Shown here: positions 46,944 to 55,987 of the stretch, one piece after another | Layout: every line of letters begins with the position of its first letter | How positions within the stretch are numbered: the first letter of the stretch is position 1 | Source of the DNA: an uncultured Planctomycetaceae bacterium | GTDB lineage: Bacteria > Planctomycetota > Planctomycetia > Pirellulales > UBA1268 | Direction: 5' to 3' | Assembly (NCBI GenBank): GCA_903917235.1 | Contig: CAIWZS010000413.1 | Span: 342-64,341 of the forward strand | DNA: 64,000 bases | The notes under the pieces: generated by a model | The model's database searches: none | What the model was told of the DNA's origin: nothing | What the model saw: the letters and a program-made list of their open reading frames with translations, nothing else | Position numbers and translations under genes: made by a program

Positions 46944-49900
46944 TCAGCGGGGCGGACCGAGGACAGGAGGCGGACCAAGGACCGGGGCGAGACGCTCGAG
47001 CAGTCGTGCCCGCATGCCGGGGGTGTCGGCCGGCCGTCGCGCCGACACGCGAAACGGCGACTGGGGCGGAATCGCGGCGCCGGTGAAGGCCAGTTCGATG
47101 CGTCGGCCGGTCGCGCTCTCGACGAGCGCGATCGTGCCGTCATCGGGGTTTCCCGCCAGCTCGAATCCGCCACCCCCGTGCTGCGGACCGTGCTCGACGT
47201 CCTGTTGAAAGATGGCATGGCCGGTCCGCGCGTCCAGGCAGACCACCTCGGACCGGGCGATCTCACGGTCGGGGTGACGCCGCACGAGCAGCAGGATCGG
47301 CAGTTCCGCCGGCTGATGGAGCGGGATCGCGTGGCGTTCGATCGTCGCGGGAGCGGGCCAGAGCGGTTCGCCCGTGGAGCGTTCCACCGACCAGATGGCC
47401 CCGGAGAGGGGCGGTGTCAGATCCTCGCCGGCCGACGCGATCTGCGCCGCAGCGGCCTGCTCCAGGTCGCCCGGCTCGTGCGCTCCGGCGACCACGAGGT
47501 GACGGCCGGGCACCGAGACGACGTGCAGGTGTTCGAAACGCGTCGGCATCTCCGGCAGTCGCGTGGCGAAGACACGGCCACGACCGCATTCGAGTGCCGT
47601 CAGCGTGCCGTCGGGCGCGAGCACGAGCAGCCGCTCGGCACCGTCCATCACCGCGCGGGACCGACCGGGAAACTCGCCGAACACCTCGCGCTCGAGGCTC
47701 ACCGGATCGATCGCCTCGATCCGCACCGTCTCGCTGGGCTCGCCCGAGAAGCTTCCCTCGGGCTGCACGACCGAGACGATGCGGCGACCGCTCGTCGCGA
47801 TCCGCTGCCGCCGGTTCGGCACGGTGCAGGTTCGCACGAGGCGGCCATCGATCATCGAGACCACCGTCGAACCGTCGCCGTCCGGCGTGCACGCGCACGC
47901 GAAGTCGTCGTCGCACACCAGCTCCGAGACCGGGTGTCCGAGATGCCGCTCCCAGAGCACGCCACCGTCGACGTGGTCGAGGAGCATGAGTGAGGCACCG
48001 TCGTGATGCAGCACGCCGCGGGCGGTGACGCGCCCTCCTCGCGGCGACTCTCCGCGCGGCATGCCACCCGGTTCCGTGACCCGCATGCCGAGCGGCACGG
48101 CGCCATTCCGTGCGACTCGTCCCCCCCCCATCCGCCCCCACGCGAGCGCGGGCACCGCGCGGGGCGTGCCGGGCGCCGCCGGACGCGTCCACGCAGGACG
48201 ACCGCCGGAGCCGGGGGCGAGCAGGTCGAAACCGGAAACGGCCGACCCCGAATGGACGTACAGCATGCGGCCGAACGCGGACGCCTCGACACGGCCGCCC
48301 GGCATCCAGAGCCCTCCGACCGGATGGCCTTGCGTGTCGATCGCGAGGTCGACGAGGTGACGCCCCACGTCGTCGAACACCGCGAGCCGGCCGTCGTGCA
48401 TGTCCACCGCCAGACGCAGGGACCGCGGTCCGTCGCCGAGGTCGGCCGACACGACCGACGGCAGCCACCTGCGGCGGGCCTGTTCGGCCGAGGAGCGGGC
48501 GGCCGGCAGCCGACGCGGCACGACCGTGCCGAGCGGCCAGATGCCGTCGGGCGACGGCGTCGCAGGCGCGGGGTTCGCGGAGACGGGCATGCCGTCGAGC
48601 GCCGCAAGGATGGCCCGCTGCACATCCCGTCGCAGCGACGCCTCGTCGGCAGCGGAGCCCTCCAGCGCCTCGGCGAGCGCCTGTCGCGCGCGTCGCCCGG
48701 CCGGCTGGCCGGCGAACCTCGCGGCGAGCGTCTCCAGCCGGCGCACGCGATCCGCAGGATCGTCACCGGCCGTCCCCGCAGCCAGGACCGGCTCGACGAG
48801 ACGATCGGTGAAGGCGATGACTTCCTGCCGCACGGGATCACCGCCGGCGGCGACCAGCTTCACGAGCCGGCCGGCGATCCAGCGATTCTCCTCGACCGTC
48901 AGCCCGGGGTCGCCGGGGTCGCGTACGAGTGTCGGATCGGTCGACTCGGCCGAGCGAAAGGCGAGCAGCTCGCGCATCGCCGCCCACGCGGTCGCCATGT
49001 CACCGGCCTTCATGAAGCCCTCGATCGCCGCGCGGATCGCGGTGCGGGCTGCGGGCGGTGGATCGCCCTCGGTCGTCACGTCGGGTCGCAGGGCATCCCG
49101 CCAGGACGCGGCGGCCGCCCCGAAATCGCGACGCAGGCCGAACACCACGGCGTCGGCCAACGTGCTCGGCGGCAGGCGGACGGTGGCGTCGCGCGCGGCA
49201 GCCCGAATCTTCTCAAGTCCCGCCGCGACGTCACCCCGCTCCAAATCGACCTGCCCCTGCCATTCGAGCGCCCATCTCGAGCCGGGGTCCGCGGTCCGCG
49301 CCGCCTCGATGCGGGACTCGAGCGCGGCGGACTGGTGGAACACGTCGAGCGAATCGATGCCGCGTGAGATGATCTCGCCGCGATACGCGACGAGATTGCC
49401 CGGTACGGCACCCGCGCGCGCCGGGCAGCGGGCGACGATCGCACCGTCGCCGAGGGCGATCTCGACCACCTCGGGCGTGTCGCACGGGAGCAGCAGGCGG
49501 TCCGCCGTGAGGATGCCCCGGCCGCTGGGACGGCCGCCGATCGCGTCGGAGGCGATCCGCCAGAGCACCCGACCCGCCTCCAATGACCGCGCCTCGACAC
49601 CGCCCGGCGTGAGCACGACGACCCGATCGCCCGTCGCGCCGAGGACCAACGCCCGCCCCTTCATCGCCTCCTGCCAGACCGGCGTGCCTTCGCGCAGGTC
49701 CAGACAGATGACACCCGCGCCGTCGTAGGGTGCGACGAGGACGCGTCCGCGCGAGATCACGGGGAGCGAGTCGACGATGTGGATGTCCGCATCGGCACCA
49801 CCGCCGGCCCGCTCGCGGCGCGTCGCCTCGTCCGCCCCGTCGCCCGCCCGGTCATACCGATGCGCCCAGAGGAGCGTGCGGGTCGCGATGTCGATGGCGA

Positions 49901-51644
49901 CCACGGCCCCCGCCCCCAACGGGCACACGAGCACTCCGTCCGCGAGCGCCGGCGACAGTCCCGCGAGCCGGCGTCCGCGGGAGCCCGGGCTCGTGATCAT
50001 CTGCTCCACGTCGAGCTCGGCCAGCGGCTGGGACCACCGCACGCTGCCGGTCGCCGCCTCGAGCACGTCGAGGCGGATTTCTCCCTTCTCCTCGACGAGC
50101 ACGTAGAGCTCGTGCCCCACGACGAGCGGTGCGCCGAGGTACCAACTGGTCGACGGAGACGGCCGCACGACATCGGCGTCGTCACCGCGGGGCAGCCTCC
50201 AGCGGAGCCGACCTCGCGTCGCGGCGTCGTAGGCGGTCAAACGGTTTCCACCCTGCCATGCCTGCCCGCGCCGCCCGCCCAGACCGAAGCCGCCGCCGCC
50301 GAGGCCGAATTCGGGCTGGCCGCCACGGACGGCGAAAGCCTCCGGCGGGCTTTCGACGGCGATGATCAGTCCGTCCGCCGCGACCAGCCCGCCACTCGTC
50401 GCATCGTCGAACACACGGGAGAGCGTCGCCTGCACGCCGCCCGTGGCATCCGCCGCGTCGGGGTCGGCATCCAGCGGGACCGGTCCGCGATCGGAGCCCG
50501 AGGCCTGCAGCCAGAGTCGTTTGCCGCTCTCGAAGTCGATCGCCAGGATGCCCAGCCCGGTGCGGAGCACGACGAGCCCGTCCACGGCGAGCGGCGAGCC
50601 TGCCGGCATCGGTGGAAGGCCGCCGTCGGCGAAGGCCCGCCGCTGCCGCTCGAGCATGCGCGCCTCCTCGGGGTGACGCGTCAGCGGGACGCGATACCGC
50701 GGCACGAGGAGCGGACGGCTCGCCACCGCGACCGCGTTGCGTCCAGCCGTCCCGCGTGGCTGGCACCAGTCGGCCCGGATCGCCACGTCGCCTCGTCCCC
50801 GCCCCATCTGCTCGAGCCAGGCGAGCGCCTGGGGCCGGGTCATGGACGAGGCCACATCCCGTGCCCCGACCCGTGCCGGTCGCGCGAAGCGCGTGCGACC
50901 CAGCAGGTCGACGGCGGCCTCGGCGTCGCCGGCGCGGTACAGGGCGACGGCGCGCATGAGCGACACGGTGGGCTCGAGATCCGCAGCCGACGGCGCGGAG
51001 GCGATGCGCTCGAGCCACGACGCGGCGAGTGCCGGTTCGTCGGACTCGAGCGCGCCGAGCGCGGCGATGAGCGCGGCGCGGCGCCCCGCGGGAGTGTGAA
51101 ACCAGCGCCGTGCCACGGCCACCACGCCCGCCGCGTCATCGGAGCCGAGCGCCTGCCCGAGATCGCGCTCCGCTCGAGCGCCGAACAAGAGCTCGTAGGC
51201 TTCGCGTCCCGGCGGCGGCTGCGACTGCATCGCGCGCCACGTCTCGGCCTTGAGGCTCCGACGCGTCGCGTCGTCCGCGGAGCCCTGCAGGAAGGCGTCG
51301 CGCTCCGCCTCGAGGATCTCGTCGAAGAGCGCCGCGGCGTCGCTCCAACGCCCGTTGGCGAGCAGCTCACCGGCCCGCTCGAACTGCCGCTCGCGGATCC
51401 GGTCACCCGGGAGGAACACTCCCGAGTCGTCCGCCGGGGCCGCGTCTCCCTCGACGGCATTCTGCCCCGGCGACCGTGCGGCCCATGCGAGCACCGCCGC
51501 GGCGAGACACGCGACGACGGTGCCGCGGAGCGACACCCGAAATGGGGCCGGAACGGCCGGCCGGGCGTCCCGCCCTCGACCACGCCGAGGCGTGTCGGCC
51601 ACACACCCGAGTCGAGCACGATCGAGCAGGGGTGTGCGTGTCAT
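46944..51644 (-). CDS. giant secreted PQQ-like beta-propeller repeat protein (BamB-like repeats) with a helical/TPR-like N-terminal part
   Basis: ATG 51644 (MTRTPLLDR..GTVVACLAAAVLAWAARSPG) within track ORF 46944-51977. Propeller repeats include DGLVVLRTGLGILAIDFESGKRLW, HELYVLVEEKGEIRLDVLEAATGSVRW and VLVCPLGAGAVVAIDIATRTLLW. Confidence 0.75.
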   Translation of the reverse strand: MTRTPLLDRARLGCVADTPRRGRGRDARPAVPAPFRVSLRGTVVACLAAAVLAWAARSPGQNAVEGDAAPADDSGVFLPGDRIRERQFERAGELLANGRWSDAAALFDEILEAERDAFLQGSADDATRRSLKAETWRAMQSQPPPGREAYELLFGARAERDLGQALGSDDAAGVVAVARRWFHTPAGRRAALIAALGALESDEPALAASWLERIASAPSAADLEPTVSLMRAVALYRAGDAEAAVDLLGRTRFARPARVGARDVASSMTRPQALAWLEQMGRGRGDVAIRADWCQPRGTAGRNAVAVASRPLLVPRYRVPLTRHPEEARMLERQRRAFADGGLPPMPAGSPLAVDGLVVLRTGLGILAIDFESGKRLWLQASGSDRGPVPLDADPDAADATGGVQATLSRVFDDATSGGLVAADGLIIAVESPPEAFAVRGGQPEFGLGGGGFGLGGRRGQAWQGGNRLTAYDAATRGRLRWRLPRGDDADVVRPSPSTSWYLGAPLVVGHELYVLVEEKGEIRLDVLEAATGSVRWSQPLAELDVEQMITSPGSRGRRLAGLSPALADGVLVCPLGAGAVVAIDIATRTLLWAHRYDRAGDGADEATRRERAGGGADADIHIVDSLPVISRGRVLVAPYDGAGVICLDLREGTPVWQEAMKGRALVLGATGDRVVVLTPGGVEARSLEAGRVLWRIASDAIGGRPSGRGILTADRLLLPCDTPEVVEIALGDGAIVARCPARAGAVPGNLVAYRGEIISRGIDSLDVFHQSAALESRIEAARTADPGSRWALEWQGQVDLERGDVAAGLEKIRAAARDATVRLPPSTLADAVVFGLRRDFGAAAASWRDALRPDVTTEGDPPPAARTAIRAAIEGFMKAGDMATAWAAMRELLAFRSAESTDPTLVRDPGDPGLTVEENRWIAGRLVKLVAAGGDPVRQEVIAFTDRLVEPVLAAGTAGDDPADRVRRLETLAARFAGQPAGRRARQALAEALEGSAADEASLRRDVQRAILAALDGMPVSANPAPATPSPDGIWPLGTVVPRRLPAARSSAEQARRRWLPSVVSADLGDGPRSLRLAVDMHDGRLAVFDDVGRHLVDLAIDTQGHPVGGLWMPGGRVEASAFGRMLYVHSGSAVSGFDLLAPGSGGRPAWTRPAAPGTPRAVPALAWGRMGGGRVARNGAVPLGMRVTEPGGMPRGESPRGGRVTARGVLHHDGASLMLLDHVDGGVLWERHLGHPVSELVCDDDFACACTPDGDGSTVVSMIDGRLVRTCTVPNRRQRIATSGRRIVSVVQPEGSFSGEPSETVRIEAIDPVSLEREVFGEFPGRSRAVMDGAERLLVLAPDGTLTALECGRGRVFATRLPEMPTRFEHLHVVSVPGRHLVVAGAHEPGDLEQAAAAQIASAGEDLTPPLSGAIWSVERSTGEPLWPAPATIERHAIPLHQPAELPILLLVRRHPDREIARSEVVCLDARTGHAIFQQDVEHGPQHGGGGFELAGNPDDGTIALVESATGRRIELAFTGAAIPPQSPFRVSARRPADTPGMRARLLERLAPVLGPPPVLGPPR

Positions 51645-51805
51645 GGGTTCCCGGGGACGGACCGCCACCGCCTCCAAACATGGTACGAAGCGGCGGTCGT
51701 GACGAGCAAACGGATCGTGTCGGAACCACCACCCGGCATGCCATGGGCCCGTTCCCGGCCCGTCGCAAAAGCCTGATTTGCCCACGATTTCTGCGACTTT
51801 TTGGC

Positions 51806-51835
51806 TTGCAATTTCGTTTCGAGACCGTCTAATCA
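51806..51835 (+). promoter_or_regulatory. possible sigma-70-type promoter for the HU gene
   Basis: TTGCAA (51806-51811), then 18 nt, then TAATCA (51830-51835), in a locally A/T-richer stretch about 90 nt upstream of the ATG. This is a pattern match only. Confidence 0.25.
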
Positions 51836-51921
51836 GCGGCCGAGTCGGTGAGTCAAGCCGAGTCTGTCGATCGCGGCACCTGTTCGCCGCACACAATTTT
51901 TTCCGTTTGGAGGAACTGGCG

Positions 51922-52242
51922 ATGGCGAAAAAGTCGGGAAGCAAGCCCATGACCAAGACGGAGATCATGCGCAGCATCTCCGAGACGACGAACCTCGCGA
52001 AGAAGGATGTCGTGGCGGTGATGGAGGCGCTGGCCGATGAGATTCAAAACGCGCTGAAGGGCAGCGGCGTCGGCGTCTTCACGATTCCGGGCCTGATCAA
52101 GATCGAGCGCAAGAAGATTCCGGCCCGTCCGGCGAAGAAGGGCGTCATGGTCCTCGGCCAGCTGCGGGACCTGCCCGCCAAGCCGGCGAGCGTGAAGGTT
52201 CGGGTTCGTGCACTCAAGAACCTGAAGGCGATGGTCGGCTGA
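51922..52242 (+). CDS. HU/IHF-family nucleoid-associated DNA-binding protein
   Basis: ATG 51922 preceded by GGAGG, within track ORF 51778-52242. Motifs: MTKTEIMRSISETTNLAKKDVVAVMEALADEI..GVFTIPGLIKIERKKIPARPAKKG. Confidence 0.88.
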   Translation: MAKKSGSKPMTKTEIMRSISETTNLAKKDVVAVMEALADEIQNALKGSGVGVFTIPGLIKIERKKIPARPAKKGVMVLGQLRDLPAKPASVKVRVRALKNLKAMVG

Positions 52243-52319
52243 GCCCGATGCTCCGGAGGCTGGGGCCGAATTCAACGGACGGCATGGTTCGGCATCGACA
52301 CACCTGGGCTCATCACCAT

Positions 52320-52350
52320 GCGGGCGGCACCGGTCAACGGTGCCGCCCGC
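52320..52350 (+). terminator. intrinsic-terminator-like hairpin between convergent HU and rfbB genes
   Basis: Perfect 12-13-bp inverted repeat gcgggcggcacc(g) / (c)ggtgccgcccgc, followed on the plus strand by tctcgttgtg. Confidence 0.5.
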
Positions 52351-52460
52351 TCTCGTTGTGAGCCCGGGTTGTGGGCAGCGGTTGTGGGCAGCGGCACGGC
52401 GAGCGGGCGGCCACATGGACGGCGGCCATGGCCGCTGTCGACGGCGTTTCTCGCTGTCTG

Positions 52461-53555
52461 TCAGCCGCGGGACGTCGTCGCGGCGGAGTAGTGCTTCGCG
52501 ATCCACTCCCGGTAGCCGCCGCTCGTCACGTCGGCCACCCACTCCGCGTGGTCGAGGTACCAGCGCACGGTGCGGCGGATCCCCGATTCGAACGTCTCCC
52601 GCGGCCGCCAGCCGAGGGACCGCTCGACCTTGCGCGCGTCGATGGCGTAGCGCCGATCGTGCCCCGGCCGATCGGTGACGAAGGTGATCTGGTCCGCATA
52701 CGACCTTCCATCCCGGCGCGGTGCCAGCTCGTCCAGGATGGAGCAGAGCGTCCGCACGACCTCGAGGTTCGGCTTTTCATTCCAGCCGCCGACGTTGTAC
52801 GTCTCTCCCGGCATGCCCCGGTCGAGTACCGTCCGAATCGCGGCCGTGTGGTCCTCCACATAAAGCCAATCTCGCACCTGCTGCCCATCGCCGTAGATCG
52901 GCAGCGGCCTGCCGGCGAGCGCATTGTGGATGCAGAGCGGGATCAGCTTCTCCGGAAACTGGAAGGGACCGTAGTTGTTGGAACAGTTCGTGGTGACGAC
53001 GGGGATGCCGAACGTGTGATGGAAGCTCCGCACGAGATGGTCCGAGGCCGCCTTGCTCGCAGCATACGGGCTGTTCGGCTGGTAGGGTGTCGTCTCCGTG
53101 AAGGGCGGATCCTCCGGGGCGAGCGTGCCGTACACCTCGTCGGTCGACACGTGCACGAAGCGAAACCGCGCGCGACTCGGTTCGTCCTGGGCGGCATCCG
53201 GCGGCAGGTCGGACCAGTGCGCCCGTACCGCCTCGAGGAGCCGGAACGTTCCCACGACGTTGGTCTGGATGAAGTCCTCCGGGGCGTGAATCGACCGATC
53301 GACGTGGCTCTCGGCCGCGAAGTGCACGACGGCCCTGATGCGCTCACGACGCAGGAGCGACAGGACGAGGTCGCGGTCGCCGATGTCGCCGCGTACGAAT
53401 TGGTGGCGGCGGTCGTCGGCCAGCGCGTCGAGGTTCCGGAGATTGCCGGCGTAGGTGAGCTTGTCGAGGTTGACCACGGGCTCATTCCCGTGCCGCAGCC
53501 AGTCCAGGACGAAATTGCTCCCGATGAAGCCCGCCCCGCCCGTCACCAGAATCAT
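52461..53555 (-). CDS. rfbB: dTDP-glucose 4,6-dehydratase
   Basis: ATG 53555 ([16 protein letters not shown]) within track ORF 52461-53609. Motifs: [41 protein letters not shown]. Confidence 0.92.
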   Translation of the reverse strand: MILVTGGAGFIGSNFVLDWLRHGNEPVVNLDKLTYAGNLRNLDALADDRRHQFVRGDIGDRDLVLSLLRRERIRAVVHFAAESHVDRSIHAPEDFIQTNVVGTFRLLEAVRAHWSDLPPDAAQDEPSRARFRFVHVSTDEVYGTLAPEDPPFTETTPYQPNSPYAASKAASDHLVRSFHHTFGIPVVTTNCSNNYGPFQFPEKLIPLCIHNALAGRPLPIYGDGQQVRDWLYVEDHTAAIRTVLDRGMPGETYNVGGWNEKPNLEVVRTLCSILDELAPRRDGRSYADQITFVTDRPGHDRRYAIDARKVERSLGWRPRETFESGIRRTVRWYLDHAEWVADVTSGGYREWIAKHYSAATTSRG

Positions 53556-53932
53556 GTCGTTCTCCTCGCACCCCTGCCATGACCGCTTCGCTCCGGGCGC
53601 ACCCTCCACGGATGTCCCGGGCCACTGCCCCGCGCCCGTCCGCGCTCATGCCTCGTGTGGCGTGCACGAGGTTGTAGGGATGCCCACACCGCTTGCCAAG
53701 CATCATGGGCGGGATTCACCTTCGCTGGATGATGCGAGCGGTCGCTCCGCATCGTGTGCATCGGCATGCCCGCGGCGCCGCGATCAAGCGGGTTCACCGC
53801 CACGTGATCCGCCTCGCGGACACGTTGCCGCCACCCCCTTGGCAGAGGTATGCTCCATGTGGGGAACGGCGTCGAACGCGGTCATGATCGCGAGCGACCG
53901 CCGCCAGATCACTCCCACGAGAGAGGTCGCCC

Positions 53933-54856
53933 GTGCGCATCGCGACACGTCGTGCAGGTTTCACCCTCGTCGAACTGCTGGTGGTGATCGCGATCATCGC
54001 GGTGCTGATCGGCCTGCTCCTGCCCGCGGTGCAGTCGGCTCGTGAGTCTGCCCGCCGCCTGTCGTGCACGACGAGGCTCAAGCAGTGGGGCCTGGCCATG
54101 CACAGCCACCATCAGGCCTTTCGCAAGCTGCCGTACACGGCCAAGGTCGGCATCCGCCAGACATTCCTGCCGATGCTGCTGCCGTACATCGAGCAGTCCG
54201 GACTCGTGGAGGGATTCGACCGGAACGTCAGCCAGTTCTGGCTTCCCCCCTTCATCGTGCAGAACTCGACGACCGGTCTCTTCTGCAACCCCATCCCGCT
54301 GCTGTACTGCCCGAGTGACCGTGTCGGCGCCCTGTGGCAGGACGACACCTACTGGCGCGCCCGCAGCAACTACCTCGTGTGCTGGGGCTCCGTCACCGTC
54401 GGCGCGACGACCCCGGCCGCCAGCCTCGGCGTCTTCGCCAATGCCGGCGCGAATCCGAGACAGATGCGGTTCGACGACATCACCGATGGACTGTCAAAGA
54501 CGCTCCTGATGGCCGAGATCATCGTCGCCAGGATGGATCGCAATGCGTCATGGGACGGACGGGGTGATGCCTACAACGACGACATGGCGAATCCCGGGTC
54601 GATGTTCATGACGATCAACACGCCCAACTCGACCGTCCCCGACGCCGTCTGGTGCGTGTCGAACGGAGACCGTGCCATGCCGTGCGTACCCGCCTCGGGA
54701 GCCAACGGCCAACAGGCGGCACGCAGCCGGCACCCGGGTGGGGTCGACGCGCTGCTGGCGGACGGATCCGTGAGGTTCTTCACCGACGGTGTCCCCATCG
54801 CCGTCTGGCGTTCCTTCGGTTCACCGGCTGACGGCGAGATCACAGCAATCGAATGA
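53933..54856 (+). CDS. DUF1559-family protein with a prepilin-type N-terminal cleavage/methylation domain
   Basis: Track ORF of 307 aa starting at GTG 53933 with GAGAGG upstream. N-terminus: [37 protein letters not shown]-terminus: [18 protein letters not shown]. Confidence 0.88.
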   Translation: MRIATRRAGFTLVELLVVIAIIAVLIGLLLPAVQSARESARRLSCTTRLKQWGLAMHSHHQAFRKLPYTAKVGIRQTFLPMLLPYIEQSGLVEGFDRNVSQFWLPPFIVQNSTTGLFCNPIPLLYCPSDRVGALWQDDTYWRARSNYLVCWGSVTVGATTPAASLGVFANAGANPRQMRFDDITDGLSKTLLMAEIIVARMDRNASWDGRGDAYNDDMANPGSMFMTINTPNSTVPDAVWCVSNGDRAMPCVPASGANGQQAARSRHPGGVDALLADGSVRFFTDGVPIAVWRSFGSPADGEITAIE

Positions 54857-55269
54857 ACCGCTCGACCCGCCGGATCGCCGCACGACTGCTCGCCGTGGCA
54901 GCGGCTGTCGCCCTCGTGGGCTGCGGCCGACGCGGCCCACCCACGTATCCGGTCGCGGGCACGGTGCGTCTCGACGGCGTGCCGGTGGAGCGCGGGCTGA
55001 TTCGGCTCGTGCCCACCGGCGCCGCGGCGCCGGTGGGCGCCGAAATCTCGGGCGGTGCCTATACCCTCCTCGCGCCGCCGGGTGAGGCACGTGTCGAGAT
55101 CACGGCCGCGAAAGTCGTCGGCCGACGCCAGGCCTACGATGCCCCCGACAGTCCACTCGTGGACATCACCGCGGAGGCCGTGCCCGAGAAGTACAACACC
55201 TCGAGCACGCTGACGCTCGACGTCCAGGCCGGCGACAACCGGAAGGACTTCGACCTGGTCACTCGCTGA
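54853..55269 (+). CDS. lipoprotein with a carboxypeptidase-regulatory-like fold (usual DUF1559 partner)
   Basis: Track ORF of 138 aa with lipobox LVGC. The ATG overlaps the upstream stop (ATGA). Contains [19 protein letters not shown]. Confidence 0.7.
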   Translation: MNRSTRRIAARLLAVAAAVALVGCGRRGPPTYPVAGTVRLDGVPVERGLIRLVPTGAAAPVGAEISGGAYTLLAPPGEARVEITAAKVVGRRQAYDAPDSPLVDITAEAVPEKYNTSSTLTLDVQAGDNRKDFDLVTR

Positions 55270-55411
55270 ACAGGTCGACAGGGGTTCGATGCGGGCGGGA
55301 GAGGCACCCGAGGTTCGTCACCGGGGGCGAGTCGCCCACCATACCGTCGGCGCTTCGCGTGATCGCGGAAGCAACACGCGCGACGCACCTGCCGGCAGGC
55401 GTTTCGCAATG

Positions 55412-55455
55412 AGTGGACAGGGCCGGAATCGAACCGGCGACACACGGATTTTCAG
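55412..55455. repeat. att half-site: 44-bp exact copy of the 3' portion of tRNA-Phe (distal end of the island)
   Basis: Identical to 63953-63996 (agtggacagggccggaatcgaaccggcgacacacggattttcag). The flanks diverge immediately on both sides, and no anticodon-stem partner is present here. Confidence 0.9.
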
Positions 55456-55585
55456 AGCCTTCCGACAGACAGTGTTTTCGGCTTGTTTTGCCGAGCGAAA
55501 CCAACTTTTACCGGCTTTGCGAGAGATTGCAAAGCATCGCGACGAAGTGCCGAAAATCACGTTATTCGCGCGGGTCGTGAAAACG

Positions 55586-55603
55586 GAATCCGGTAGTTAC
55601 CGG
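55586..55603. repeat. 18-bp repeat gaatccggtagttaccgg (copy 1), containing the palindrome ccggta-gt-taccgg
   Basis: Exact second copy at 63856-63873. This copy lies 131 nt inside the left att copy. Confidence 0.85.
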
Positions 55604-55723
55604 CGCGGCACGAGCACGAGCTCAAGGGCGGCGGCGACCTCCGAACCGGACCAATTCCGCTTTCGCGACCCCATGCCCACGGCCTATCTTTGATCGAGGC
55701 TCATCAACCCAACGGAGGAACAC

Positions 55724-55918
55724 ATGACACTCGATGAAGCGACCGACCTCGCCCGGCAACAGGCCCAGGAGGCCGGGATCGAAATGGTGATCGTCCGCGA
55801 CGAGCTCTCGGAGGATGCCGGAGGGTATGAGTGCTGCGCCGCTATGTACGTGAGCACCCTCTACTCCGAGCACCATCGCGACTTCTGGGAAATTGTGGGG
55901 CGCGTGCCCGCCCCGTGA
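55724..55918 (+). CDS. small acidic hypothetical protein (64 aa) upstream of the RM gene
   Basis: Track ORF. The ATG is preceded by ACGGAGGAACAC (strong Shine-Dalgarno). Codon usage is less GC-biased than the host. No recognisable motif. Confidence 0.45.
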   Translation: MTLDEATDLARQQAQEAGIEMVIVRDELSEDAGGYECCAAMYVSTLYSEHHRDFWEIVGRVPAP

Positions 55919-55987
55919 TCGCCGCGATCCGCGGGCGGCGGCGGCCCGGATAGCCCCTCCCGAACGGGGGAGCGTAAACTCGCGGCC

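Noticed and set aside
55412-55455. Possible second tRNA gene or CRISPR-like repeat, suggested by identical 44-bp sequences 8.5 kb apart.
   Set aside because: There are only two copies and no spacer-array structure. The left copy lacks the 5' half of a tRNA (no matching anticodon-stem or acceptor partner), so it is an att remnant and not a gene.
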